From Ruminococcus sp. (GTDB lineage: Bacteria > Bacillota > Clostridia > Oscillospirales > Ruminococcaceae), in NCBI RefSeq assembly GCF_017464355.1, contig NZ_JAFUAG010000023.1:2089-66088 (forward strand): a stretch of DNA of 64,000 nucleotides, given 5' to 3'. Below the pieces are notes generated by a model. It was not told the origin of the DNA and did not search any database. It saw only the letters and a program-made list of their open reading frames with translations. Of this stretch, positions 37,205-46,448 are shown one piece after another; positions within the stretch are counted from its first letter, which is position 1, and each line of letters opens with the position of its first letter. Made by a program: the position numbers and the translations under genes.

Positions 37205-37241
37205 AAAAAGGCAGACTGCCACATTGTGCTACTGCCTTTTT
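37205..37241. terminator. Bidirectional terminator
   Basis: AGGCAG (37209-37214) / CTGCCT (37232-37237), flanked by AAAAA and TTTTT. Confidence 0.6.
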
Positions 37242-37251
37242 GACGTTGTTT

Positions 37252-37395
37252 TCAATTCATGTCATTTTCTTCCGCTTCATCGAAGACAACTGCTCCCAAC
37301 GCTTCGCCTGCGGAAAAACGTTCTCCCAGCGGCGTGTAGACCTTTGTGCCGTCCACAGGGTCAACGGGCAGCGGAGCTTTTCTGCGTTTAGACAT
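37252..37395 (-). CDS. Small acidic-tailed protein (47 aa)
   Basis: MSKRRKAPLPVDPVDGTKVYTPLGERFSAGEALGAVVFDEAEENDMN. AAGGAGG lies 7 nt upstream of ATG 37395, and a terminator follows. Confidence 0.5.
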   Translation of the reverse strand: MSKRRKAPLPVDPVDGTKVYTPLGERFSAGEALGAVVFDEAEENDMN

Positions 37396-37557
37396 GGTAT
37401 GACCTCCTTTCGTGTATGCTAGCTTTAGTATATGTTTTCTGTACGAATTTATGTACTTATTGTGCGAACATATTTTCTTTTTTCTCATGATATTTTATCC
37501 TTATAAAGCAAATAGATCCATTTTAATGGACAGTTGGTCTTCTTTGCTAAAAAACTC

Positions 37558-37586
37558 TTGATAAGCGCGAAAAACTGTGCTATAAT
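37558..37586 (+). promoter_or_regulatory. Sigma-A-type promoter
   Basis: TTGATA (37558-37563), 17 nt, TGcTATAAT (-10 at 37581-37586). Confidence 0.55.
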
Positions 37587-37619
37587 GAGTCTATCACGAA
37601 CTTGCAAGGAGTGTATTCA

Positions 37620-38165
37620 ATGAAATTCAAAAGGAAAAACGCTATGGTCTATGCCCTGCTTAAAGGGCTGCAAGCCGAGTTTTTCGGGATATTTGTCATG
37701 ATCTTTTTCTGGGGCGTGGCAAAGTTCATGAGGCTGTTCGCCAACATCATGTTCGGCTTTACGGGGCTGATGTGCGTGGTGTGCATACTGGCGGATTTTG
37801 GCTTGAAACAGGGTAATCAGGCGGCTTCGGCAGACAAGCTGCACGATGACGACGTAGGCAGACAGTTCGGCTGGAAACTTGGCTTCATCGCCATGGCGCC
37901 CTTTGCCCTGACAGCGCTGATACTTTTTATATCTAAGCTCAGCGGCGCTTTCGATTTTCTGGCGGTGTACAAAATTTTGAACGCTTGCCTTTTCCCGCTT
38001 ATGGATATCTTCGCCCATTCGCCTGATATCAGGGACTTCCGCATGGGTGTCTTCGGGCTGATACTGCCCTATTTAGCACTGTTTCCCGTTTCGACATTCA
38101 TCGGCTTCAAGTGGGGCTACGATCAGGTCGACCTGAAAGACAAATTCGTTTACAAGAAAAAGTAA
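37620..38165 (+). CDS. Membrane protein (181 aa)
   Basis: ATG 37620 behind AAGGAG. The TTG start in the ORF track would include the RBS. Five or so TM helices. Confidence 0.65.
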   Translation: MKFKRKNAMVYALLKGLQAEFFGIFVMIFFWGVAKFMRLFANIMFGFTGLMCVVCILADFGLKQGNQAASADKLHDDDVGRQFGWKLGFIAMAPFALTALILFISKLSGAFDFLAVYKILNACLFPLMDIFAHSPDIRDFRMGVFGLILPYLALFPVSTFIGFKWGYDQVDLKDKFVYKKK

Positions 38166-38194
38166 CGGCGGCCTGACCGCCAAAGGAGTAGCAT

Positions 38195-39328
38195 ATGAAG
38201 TTTGCGCACATCTCTGACCTGCACCTGGGTAAAAGATTGGACAATTATTCTCTTATCGAGGATCAGCGTCACATTCTTTCTCAGATTATCAAAATAGCCC
38301 TTGATGAGGGCTGCGACGGCATTCTTATCGCGGGGGACATTTACGACAAGGCTTCGCCCTCGGCGGAGGCTGTGAAGCTGTTTGACGAATTTCTCACGGA
38401 GCTGAGCCGAACTTCCCTTTCGGTTTATATTATCAGCGGAAACCACGACAGCGCCGAGCGTATAAACTACGGCCGCGAGATAATGGAGAAGGCTGATATA
38501 CACATTGCAGCCGAGTATGATGGGAAGCTTTCTGTGGTCACGGTTGAAGATGAGTACGGTTCTTTGGACATTTGTATGCTGCCCTTTTTGAAGCCTTCCA
38601 TGGTGCGTCATTATCATGAAGACCACGAGATAGCCAGCTACACCGACATGATCCGTGCTGTTATAGAGAGCAGCGGCATCGATAAAAGCAGGCGCTGCCT
38701 GATGATGTGCCACCAGTTCATCAGCGGGGCTGCCACCTGTGACTCTGAATACCTGAACGTGGGCACCCTTGACAACGTTGACGCAAACGTCTTTGAGGGT
38801 TTTGACTATGTGGCGCTGGGGCATATCCATGGGCCTCAGGAGCCTGCTAAGAATGTGCGCTACTGCGGCACTCCCCTGAAATATTCGGGTTCAGAGATAA
38901 AACACAAAAAATCCGTGACCATTGTTGAACTTAAAGGGAAGAACGATGTTTCCGTAAGCACTGTGCCTCTTGTTCCCCTGAGAGATATGCATGAGATAAA
39001 GGGAAAGTACGATGAGATCATGGACAAGTCTTTCTACGAGGGTAAAGATCTGGACGATTTCTACTACATAACTCTTACGGACAACGATGAGATACTCAAC
39101 GTCATGCAGCGCCTGCGGACGGTCTACAAGAACATTGTAAAGCTCACCTTTGACAATGAGCGTACCCGCACCACAAGTCAGGTAAAGCGTGTGGAGAACA
39201 CAGCAAGCAGGTCGCCCTTTGAACTTTTTGCGGGACTTTACAAGGAGCAGAACGGCGTTGACCTTGACGAGGAGCAGGCTGAGTACATACAGAGCATGAT
39301 AAGCAGGATATGGGGGGACGGCAGATGA
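38195..39328 (+). CDS. sbcD: Exonuclease SbcCD subunit D
   Basis: MKFAHISDLHLGK, GDIYD, GNHD and GHIH Mre11-type phosphoesterase motifs. Confidence 0.92.
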   Translation: MKFAHISDLHLGKRLDNYSLIEDQRHILSQIIKIALDEGCDGILIAGDIYDKASPSAEAVKLFDEFLTELSRTSLSVYIISGNHDSAERINYGREIMEKADIHIAAEYDGKLSVVTVEDEYGSLDICMLPFLKPSMVRHYHEDHEIASYTDMIRAVIESSGIDKSRRCLMMCHQFISGAATCDSEYLNVGTLDNVDANVFEGFDYVALGHIHGPQEPAKNVRYCGTPLKYSGSEIKHKKSVTIVELKGKNDVSVSTVPLVPLRDMHEIKGKYDEIMDKSFYEGKDLDDFYYITLTDNDEILNVMQRLRTVYKNIVKLTFDNERTRTTSQVKRVENTASRSPFELFAGLYKEQNGVDLDEEQAEYIQSMISRIWGDGR

Positions 39329-42105
39329 GACCTATAACACTGAAAATGCAGGCTTTCGGGCCTTATGCGGGGCTTCAGGTGATCGACTTTGACAAGCTGG
39401 GCAGCGGCGGTGTTTACCTTATAACAGGTGACACAGGTGCAGGCAAGACCACCATTTTCGACGGTGTGTGCTTTGCACTTTTCGGCAAGGCCAGCGGCGA
39501 TGGCAGAACTTCGGTCATGTTCCGCAGCGAATATGCCAGACCCGAAGACCTTACCTATGTGGAACTGGTCTTTGAGTACGGCGGAACAAGGTACAGGGTC
39601 TACCGTGAGTCAAAGCAGATGAGGCAGAAGCTTCGGGGCACGGGCGAGGTCGAGCACGTTCCCGTGGTGGAGCTTTACATCGACGGCGACGACAGACCCA
39701 TTGCCCTTAAAGAAAGCACTGTCAACGAAAAGATAACCGAGATACTGGGGCTGAAGCACGAGCAGTACCGCAACGTTGCCATGATAGCCCAGAACAGCTT
39801 CGCACAGCTGCTTGACACCCCCACCCAGGAACGCACCAAGATACTCAGTGCCATATTTTCAACAGGAAAATATTACGCACTGCAGGAAGCGCTGAAAAGC
39901 GATGTTTCCCGTATCGAACGTGAGTACAGCGATTCAAACCTGAGGATACACACCCTGCTTGACAGCATAAGGCTCAGTGAAGATGACCCCTACAGCGAGG
40001 AGCTGGCTTCTGCGGGGAACAACAATGAAGCTGCAGCCACCATTGACCTTGATGACCTCTGCGGACGTATCATCGCGTTTGAGACCGAAAAGGTCAAATC
40101 AGCAGACGCAGAAGCTGAGTCCATAGACAAAGAGTTGACGAAGATTTCCAATGCACTGGAAGAAGCGAATAAGCTTAAGGAGCTTTTTGACAGGAAAAAG
40201 AACACCTCCCGTATGCTGGAAGATAACAAGATCTCCCGTGAAAAGGCCGAAACTATCGCCGCACAGCTTAGAGCACGCAAGCCTGAGCTGAATGGTTTTG
40301 TCGGAAAAATAGCCGCCATGGAGGGTCAGCTTGGCCGTTATGACGCCGCTGAGGCTCTGCTGGCTGAGGCTGCTGCGCTTTTTAAGAATGCCGAGATGTT
40401 GAGAAAGCAGACAGCTCTTCTGGAACAGACCATAAAAACGGACAGCAGATCTATTGCCGACAGGCAGAGCTTTCTTTCGGGGCTTGGTGATATCGGTGCA
40501 AAGCTGACAAAGGCTGAGTTTGAAGTCAGGTCACTGGAGGAAAAGCTTGAAGACATCAAGACCATTGGCCGTGAACTCCGTGAAGCTGACAATGCGGGAA
40601 AAGCCGCCGTTGCCGCCGCTGACAAGTATCTGGAGCTTAATATAGCTTTTTCTTCTGCTGAGGAAAGCTACAAGAATATCCTTGAAAATTATGTCAAAGG
40701 TCAGGCAGGCATAATCGCCAAAGAGCTTAAAAATGGTGAATGCTGCCCTGTCTGCGGATCGACGACTCACCCGCATCCGGCGCCTTTTGACGACTATATC
40801 CCCGATAAAAAGACCCTTGATAAAGCCAAGGCTGAAGCTGACCGTGCAGGCGACCTGCTGCATCAGGCAGCGCAGGAGGCTGCTGCTGCCAAGGGCAAAT
40901 TCGACACCGCCCGCAGCAATGCCCTCGCCCATGCAGGCGAATATGCCCCCGAGGGCTGCACCACCGAGCAGGCACTTGAAAATTCACGCAATGACTACAA
41001 GAAAAAATCTGCTGAGCTGAAAGCTGCCAAAACTGAAATGGATAAGCTTAATGAACTGCTCCTGCTAAAGCAGAGAGCCGAGAGCGAACTGGCACAGCTG
41101 ACGGAGAAGACCGAGAAAAACAAGGTCAGCCTGAACGATAGGCAGGGCGAACTTCGTGAGACCGCAGCCAAGGCAGAGGAACGGCAGGCGGCGGCAAAAC
41201 AGCAGCTTGAACAGCTCCCCTGCGGCAGCAAGAAAGAGGCTCTGGCACAGATAGCTGAACTGAAAAAGCAGCACAGTGAGCTGGAGCAGGCAATAAACTC
41301 AGCTGAGGAAAAGCTGGCGCAGCTTGAAAAAGACCGCGCTGCGATCTCGGCAAAGCTGGATGAACTTGAGAAGCAGACCGCAGGCAAAGAGATGCCCAAC
41401 TGCCCCGAACTTGAAGCGACCCTTCGGGACATAAGCCGCAGAAAGAAAGAGCAGCAGCAGCGCCGTGACAGCGTGAAAGCTAACCTTTCCTCCGCTGAGG
41501 ATACCCGCAGGAAGATCAAGGCAGAAGTTGCCAACAACGAAGGCCTGCGGCGGGAACACCGTATCAAGAAAGCCGTTAAAGATACTGCCTGCGGTGATAT
41601 AAGCGGCAAGCAGAAGATACAGCTGGAGACCTATGTTCAGCTTGAGTATTTTGACAGGATACTCAGCTATGCCAACGCGAGGCTGCTTCAGATGACAAAC
41701 GGCCAGTTCGAGCTGGTGCGCAGTGAGGCCACCCAGCGCAGATCAAAAATGGGTCTGGACATTGAGGTGCGTGACCACTACACAGGGGGCGTGCGCAGCA
41801 TAAAGTCCATTTCGGGAGGCGAATCCTTCATGGCTTCGCTGGCGCTGGCGCTGGGCTTTTCGGACGAGATACAGCAGTCCGCAGGCGGGGTGCGTATCGA
41901 CTCAATGTTCGTGGACGAAGGCTTCGGAACGCTGGACGATGAAAAGCTGGACAAGGTGTACGCTTCACTCAACGGACTGGCAGGCAACTCACGTCTGGTG
42001 GGTGTCATATCTCACGTTCCCGAACTGCAGGAGAAAATGGAACGGCAGATAGTCGTGACCAAAGACAACTACTCAGGCAGCAAGGCTGAGATAGTCATCA
42101 AGTAA
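39325..42105 (+). CDS. sbcC: Exonuclease SbcCD subunit C (SMC-like ATPase)
   Basis: ATG overlaps the sbcD stop (ATGA). Walker A GDTGAGKTT, long coiled coil with zinc hook CPVCGS, and C-terminal SGGE ... FVDEGFG. Confidence 0.92.
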   Translation: MRPITLKMQAFGPYAGLQVIDFDKLGSGGVYLITGDTGAGKTTIFDGVCFALFGKASGDGRTSVMFRSEYARPEDLTYVELVFEYGGTRYRVYRESKQMRQKLRGTGEVEHVPVVELYIDGDDRPIALKESTVNEKITEILGLKHEQYRNVAMIAQNSFAQLLDTPTQERTKILSAIFSTGKYYALQEALKSDVSRIEREYSDSNLRIHTLLDSIRLSEDDPYSEELASAGNNNEAAATIDLDDLCGRIIAFETEKVKSADAEAESIDKELTKISNALEEANKLKELFDRKKNTSRMLEDNKISREKAETIAAQLRARKPELNGFVGKIAAMEGQLGRYDAAEALLAEAAALFKNAEMLRKQTALLEQTIKTDSRSIADRQSFLSGLGDIGAKLTKAEFEVRSLEEKLEDIKTIGRELREADNAGKAAVAAADKYLELNIAFSSAEESYKNILENYVKGQAGIIAKELKNGECCPVCGSTTHPHPAPFDDYIPDKKTLDKAKAEADRAGDLLHQAAQEAAAAKGKFDTARSNALAHAGEYAPEGCTTEQALENSRNDYKKKSAELKAAKTEMDKLNELLLLKQRAESELAQLTEKTEKNKVSLNDRQGELRETAAKAEERQAAAKQQLEQLPCGSKKEALAQIAELKKQHSELEQAINSAEEKLAQLEKDRAAISAKLDELEKQTAGKEMPNCPELEATLRDISRRKKEQQQRRDSVKANLSSAEDTRRKIKAEVANNEGLRREHRIKKAVKDTACGDISGKQKIQLETYVQLEYFDRILSYANARLLQMTNGQFELVRSEATQRRSKMGLDIEVRDHYTGGVRSIKSISGGESFMASLALALGFSDEIQQSAGGVRIDSMFVDEGFGTLDDEKLDKVYASLNGLAGNSRLVGVISHVPELQEKMERQIVVTKDNYSGSKAEIVIK

Positions 42106-42613
42106 ACAAACGCACCATTATTGGCGACAATATGAACCCCGTGAGATCAGCCGCGGCGGCCGCAAGAAAAATGCGGCCGTCCGGCTTTTTTTCCAGGGCA
42201 GCAGAATAAACTGCTATGGTGTAAAAGGTGGTCTCGGTGGAAGCCATAAGCACAGCCGCGGTTTTTCCCGGGAAACTGTCTGCGCCCACACGGGTGAGAA
42301 GTTCCTCTACTGCCGCCAGGGCCCCGCCGCCTGTGAAAGGCCGTATCAGCGCCAGTGTAAGGCATTCAGGCGGAAAGCCGAACTTTTCGGCCAGGGGTGC
42401 GGCCAGGCGGGATATCATGTCTGCTGCCCCGGATGAAGTGAACATACCCACCGCCGTCAGCAGCAGTACCAGCATAGGCACAAGAGCTGCGGCTGAGTGC
42501 AGGCCTTCCCTTGCGCCGCGGGTGAAGACCTCGGCTATATCAACTTTGTGAAAGGCCGAGTATAACAATATTAGCATAATAACAAAAGGTACTATCATAG
42601 CGGAAAAGTTCAT
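42098..42613 (-). CDS. spmB: Spore maturation protein B
   Basis: Nucleoside-recognition-type membrane protein paired with spmA. 4-nt overlap with spmA. Confidence 0.8.
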   Translation of the reverse strand: MNFSAMIVPFVIMLILLYSAFHKVDIAEVFTRGAREGLHSAAALVPMLVLLLTAVGMFTSSGAADMISRLAAPLAEKFGFPPECLTLALIRPFTGGGALAAVEELLTRVGADSFPGKTAAVLMASTETTFYTIAVYSAALEKKPDGRIFLAAAAADLTGFILSPIMVRLFT

Positions 42614-43182
42614 TTTTCTACCCCCGCATAAAGAAGGCTCGCCGTAGACACACCCACGGCGGCGGCAATGAAGGACGTCGCCAGAACCGCAGGCAGTATC
42701 TCAAAGGGGGCGGCTGAACCGTGGGAAGCCCGCAGCGCCGCCATGGTAACAGGTACAAGCTGCACCGAAGCTGTGTTCAGCACGATGAGAACAGCTATGT
42801 TTCTTCGGGGACGGGGGCTGTTTTTCAGCGCCTGTACCGCCGCTATGCCTGTGGGGGTGACAGCATTTCCCAGGCCAAGAAGATTGGCGGTCATATTCAG
42901 GCTGACGGCATTGCGGGAGGTATCATCAAGTCTTCCGAACAACAGCCTTATTACAGGCGACAGTGCTTTGCCCGCCTTTTTTGTTAGCCCCGAAGCTTCC
43001 GCTGCTGCCATAAGTCCTCCCCAAAGCGCCATGGAACCTGCAAGAAAAATACCCAGCTGCACCGCCTCCGAACATGAGCTTACTGCCGCCGCAGAGATGT
43101 CTTCCCAGGTCAGGTTGTAAAAACCCGCTGCTGCTGAGCATACCAGAAGCAGAACTATCATAAAACTTATCATTTTGCCCAC
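42610..43182 (-). CDS. spmA: Spore maturation protein A
   Basis: Membrane protein with a nucleoside recognition (Gate) domain pattern, upstream of spmB. Confidence 0.8.
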   Translation of the reverse strand: MGKMISFMIVLLLVCSAAAGFYNLTWEDISAAAVSSCSEAVQLGIFLAGSMALWGGLMAAAEASGLTKKAGKALSPVIRLLFGRLDDTSRNAVSLNMTANLLGLGNAVTPTGIAAVQALKNSPRPRRNIAVLIVLNTASVQLVPVTMAALRASHGSAAPFEILPAVLATSFIAAAVGVSTASLLYAGVEK

Positions 43183-43389
43183 CTTTCACACACTATTGTA
43201 AACTTTGTCACTGGCAAAGTTAACAATTCTCATTTGCATCACTATCGTTGCATATCTTAAAAATTCCGCATTTTGACTAATTTCCAGTATTTTGCGTATC
43301 TGGAATATTCAGATAGGTAATATAATTATGTGCATTGTGCTGAAATTTGTCATTTCATGCCCTTGAATTGACAAAAAGTATAAATCCGC

Positions 43390-43418
43390 TTGACAAATAA
43401 TAACTAAATTGGTATAAT
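43390..43418 (+). promoter_or_regulatory. Consensus sigma-A promoter of abrB
   Basis: TTGACA (43390-43395), 17 nt, TGgTATAAT (-10 at 43413-43418). Confidence 0.6.
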
Positions 43419-43478
43419 ATATACATGAGAGTTGGCCGTAATAGGCTAAATTTATAGGAGAAAGGAATTGACTATCTC

Positions 43479-43724
43479 ATGAAATCTACAGGAATCGTTA
43501 GAAAAGTTGATGAGCTGGGACGTATCGTTCTGCCGATCGAGCTGAGAAGGACCTACGATCTCGCCGTTAAGGACGCTATCGAGATCTACACAGAGGACGA
43601 CAAGATCATTCTCAAGAAGTTCCAGAGAAGCTGCACCTTCTGCGGCAACACTGAGAACCTGGTGGACTACAAGGGCAAGTCTATCTGTGCTGATTGTGCC
43701 GCTGAGATCAAGGGCGCTAAGTAA
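43479..43724 (+). CDS. abrB: AbrB-family transition-state regulator with C-terminal Cys4 module
   Basis: MKSTGIVRKVDELGRIVLPIELRR SpoVT/AbrB swapped-hairpin domain. The C-terminus has CTFCG ... CADC. Confidence 0.9.
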   Translation: MKSTGIVRKVDELGRIVLPIELRRTYDLAVKDAIEIYTEDDKIILKKFQRSCTFCGNTENLVDYKGKSICADCAAEIKGAK

Positions 43725-43798
43725 AGGCTGAGTCAAGCCTCTTTCACTTAATTCTATGCAGTCTGTCTTACCAAAAGAACATTACATGGCTGCTGACC

Positions 43799-43829
43799 AC
43801 AACTGCTGCAACGCGGCAGTTGTTTTTTT
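43799..43829 (+). terminator. abrB terminator
   Basis: ACAACTGC (43799-43806) / GCAGTTGT (43816-43823), followed by TTTTTT. Confidence 0.7.
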
Positions 43830-43833
43830 GCGC

Positions 43834-43858
43834 AAAAAAAGTCTGCCCCCGGGCAGAC
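43834..43858 (-). terminator. Terminator of the rpoD-rrf2-GH25 transcription unit
   Basis: GTCTGCC (43841-43847) / GGCAGAC (43852-43858). On the minus strand it is followed by TTTTTTT. Confidence 0.7.
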
Positions 43859-43861
43859 CTT

Positions 43862-44872
43862 TTAATTTAAATACATTTCTTCAAGCTGTTCCTCACCGTC
43901 ACGCAGCAGCACCATTTCCAGGAAGCTATGGCTGTCATAATGATCAAACCTGACACGGCTGGAATATCCCCAAAGCTCCCAATCCACGGTGTCATCGGGC
44001 TTTGAGAACTCGCTGACATACCATATTGGGCAGTCATCAAAGCGTTCATCGGCTGCTATGGCTGTGTAGACCTTTGAACTGCATTTTATAATGGGTGTGC
44101 AGCCGTATTCTTCCTCGATGCGGTCTGCAAAAATGCGCAGCTCGTTGCACAGCACGGTGTAGTCAGGGGGAATTATTTTGTACAGCAGACCGAAGTCGCA
44201 GTCCACCGCAGGCCGCAGCCTGCCGTTCATGTTGCCGCAGACTTCAATAAAATGCTCCGCCTGGTCCTCCCCTGCCATATTCGGGTCGTAGACGTGCATG
44301 AAGCCCACAGGCAGCTTTGTCTGACCCGAGCCCTCAGCGTTTTTATCAAAGCGCTCGTCCTCGTAGGCAGTGGATTTTGTGGCGCGTATATAGCACATCT
44401 GTATATTCTGCTGAGAGAAATCCTTCCAGCTCACTGCCCCTGCCTTTTCGGTGATGACTGGCCCGCGGACGGGGTAATCACGCTTTCTGGGCTGGTTGAA
44501 CCAAAGCTCGCCCCTGTAGAAAAGCACGCCTATATCCGCAATTATCACCAGCAGGCTCAGCACCAGCACCCTTATCAGCAGCTTGCGCAGACGGTGCTTT
44601 TTCCGCTTACGGGGACGGGGCTCTTCCTCATACTCCTCGTCTTCATATTCCTCCTCGGGATATTCTTCCTGCGGCACATAAACAGGCGCAGGACTGCGTC
44701 TTCTTCTTTGCGGGTAGGATTTGGGCAGGTATGCCTGCTGATAGTCATCAGCGTCCTCACCGAAATCATAAACACCGCCCATAGCGGGCTGACTATATTC
44801 ATTGTCAATTACAGCTCTCGCCTCATCACTGAGACGAAAGCTGTTTTTCTTGTTATCGCTTTTATTTCCCAT
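43862..44872 (-). CDS. Membrane-anchored GH25 (lysozyme)-like protein with a charged, Pro/Glu-rich cytoplasmic N-terminus
   Basis: One TM helix (LLIRVLVLSLLVIIADIGVLF). The extracellular domain resembles the GH25 layout (WKDF..IQMCYIRATKST.YEDERFDKN ... PVGFMHVY), but expected catalytic positions look substituted. Confidence 0.45.
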   Translation of the reverse strand: MGNKSDNKKNSFRLSDEARAVIDNEYSQPAMGGVYDFGEDADDYQQAYLPKSYPQRRRRSPAPVYVPQEEYPEEEYEDEEYEEEPRPRKRKKHRLRKLLIRVLVLSLLVIIADIGVLFYRGELWFNQPRKRDYPVRGPVITEKAGAVSWKDFSQQNIQMCYIRATKSTAYEDERFDKNAEGSGQTKLPVGFMHVYDPNMAGEDQAEHFIEVCGNMNGRLRPAVDCDFGLLYKIIPPDYTVLCNELRIFADRIEEEYGCTPIIKCSSKVYTAIAADERFDDCPIWYVSEFSKPDDTVDWELWGYSSRVRFDHYDSHSFLEMVLLRDGEEQLEEMYLN

Positions 44873-45284
44873 TAGTTTCCTTTCGGGTATTGTTAAGCTG
44901 CGCGAAATTATAGCTATCCAGTTTTTTGGACACCATATCTGTTATCTCAGAAAAAGCATCCTGAAAAGGACAATTTCCCGAAGCCCCGCGGCTGCATTCA
45001 GTGTCGGGCTGCAGGCAGCGGGAGAAGCAATAGGTACCCTCGATAGCTTCTATCACCATGCGCAGCGTGATGTCGGCGGGGTCTTTATCGATCATATAGC
45101 CGCCCTGCGTGCCCTTGAAGGACTTTACAAGTCCCGCAGCCACAAGCTTGCGAAGTATCTTAAGCGAGAATCTCAGCGTGACGCAGGTCTTTTCCGACAG
45201 GGTCTTTGCGTCCAGCTTGCCCTCGGCCTTACACAGCTCCGCAGTTATCCTGACGGCATAATCTGCTTCAAGAGTTATGTACAT
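44862..45284 (-). CDS. Rrf2-family transcriptional regulator
   Basis: MYITLEADYAVRI ... wHTH, plus a C-terminal Cys cluster (CFSRC...C...C) suggesting Fe-S binding. Confidence 0.88.
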   Translation of the reverse strand: MYITLEADYAVRITAELCKAEGKLDAKTLSEKTCVTLRFSLKILRKLVAAGLVKSFKGTQGGYMIDKDPADITLRMVIEAIEGTYCFSRCLQPDTECSRGASGNCPFQDAFSEITDMVSKKLDSYNFAQLNNTRKETNGK

Positions 45285-45294
45285 GGCGCCCTCC

Positions 45295-46395
45295 TTAATC
45301 CAGGTAATCCCTTACCTTGTTGCTTCTGTTGGGGTGTCTGAGTTTTCTCAGTGCCTTTGCCTCTATCTGACGGATACGCTCTCTTGTTACCTTGAATTCC
45401 TGGCCGACTTCCTCCAGTGTTCTGGATCTGCCGTCTTCAAGACCAAATCTCAGCCTCAGCACCTTTTCTTCCCTCTCTGTCAGGGTAGAAAGCACCTGGT
45501 CGATCTGCTCCTTCAGCAGTACCAGCGAAGCTGCCTCAGCAGGGGCGGGAGCGTCATCATCGGGGATAAAGTCGCCCAGATGAGAGTCTTCCTCTTCACC
45601 GATAGGTGTTTCCAGGGAAACGGGATCCTGAGCTATCCTCATTATCTCACGTACCTTCTCGATGCTCATATCCAGCTCCTCAGCTATCTCCTCAGGCGAG
45701 GGGTCATGGCCGTTCTGGTGCAGCAGCTGGGAAGATACCTTCTTTACCTTGGTGATAGTTTCCACCATATGCACGGGGATACGTATAGTTCTTGCCTGGT
45801 CGGCTATAGCCCTGGTGATGGCCTGTCTTATCCACCAGGTAGCATATGTGGAGAACTTGAAGCCCTTCTTGTAATCGAACTTTTCCACGGCCTTTATAAG
45901 ACCCATGTTACCTTCCTGTATCAGGTCAAGGAAGCTCATGCCTCTGCCCACATACCTCTTGGCAATGGATACGACCAGACGCAGGTTGGCCTCTGCCAGT
46001 CTTTTTCTGGCCTTGGTTGCTTCTCTGTCATTGTCGCCCGACATCATCTCAGCCAGCTGTATCTCCTCCTCGGAGGTCAGCAGGGGCACACGGCCTATCT
46101 CTTTCAGGTAGATCTTGACAGGGTCGTCGATAGCTATACCGTCGGTGGAAAGGGAGATATCAACGTCGTCCTGCTCCAGCTCATCATCGGGGTTGACGAA
46201 ATCCAGCGAATCATCAACTACGACATCGTCGATTATCTCGATGTTCAGCTCGCTGCACTTGTCATAGAAGCTGTCCATCTGCTCCACATCGAAGCTCAGC
46301 TTTTCCAGCGCATCGGTGATCTCCTTGGTGGTAAGCTTACCTGTCTGCTTGCCGTGTTCCATGAGGTTTTCCATTATCTTGCTCTTGTCGGTCAT
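45295..46395 (-). CDS. rpoD: RNA polymerase primary sigma factor
   Basis: Regions 1.2-4.2, including [24 protein letters not shown] and [20 protein letters not shown]. Confidence 0.95.
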   Translation of the reverse strand: MTDKSKIMENLMEHGKQTGKLTTKEITDALEKLSFDVEQMDSFYDKCSELNIEIIDDVVVDDSLDFVNPDDELEQDDVDISLSTDGIAIDDPVKIYLKEIGRVPLLTSEEEIQLAEMMSGDNDREATKARKRLAEANLRLVVSIAKRYVGRGMSFLDLIQEGNMGLIKAVEKFDYKKGFKFSTYATWWIRQAITRAIADQARTIRIPVHMVETITKVKKVSSQLLHQNGHDPSPEEIAEELDMSIEKVREIMRIAQDPVSLETPIGEEEDSHLGDFIPDDDAPAPAEAASLVLLKEQIDQVLSTLTEREEKVLRLRFGLEDGRSRTLEEVGQEFKVTRERIRQIEAKALRKLRHPNRSNKVRDYLD

Positions 46396-46448
46396 AATTT
46401 TACTCTCCTTGAATTTATATTTTTCCCGGTCATTGGGTGTTATATTCC

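Noticed and set aside
40995-41609. Several Ser/Ala/Leu/Phe-rich ORFs antisense to the sbcC coiled-coil region, and 51279..52049 antisense to the beta-helix gene.
   Set aside because: These are low-complexity translations of the reverse strand of repetitive E/K/A/L or G/D-rich coding sequence, with no start context.
43479-43724. The AbrB C-terminal CxxC...CxxC module, considered as a novelty.
   Set aside because: From memory, short clostridial AbrB homologs commonly carry this Cys-rich C-terminus in place of the Bacillus oligomerisation domain. It is recorded in the feature evidence only.
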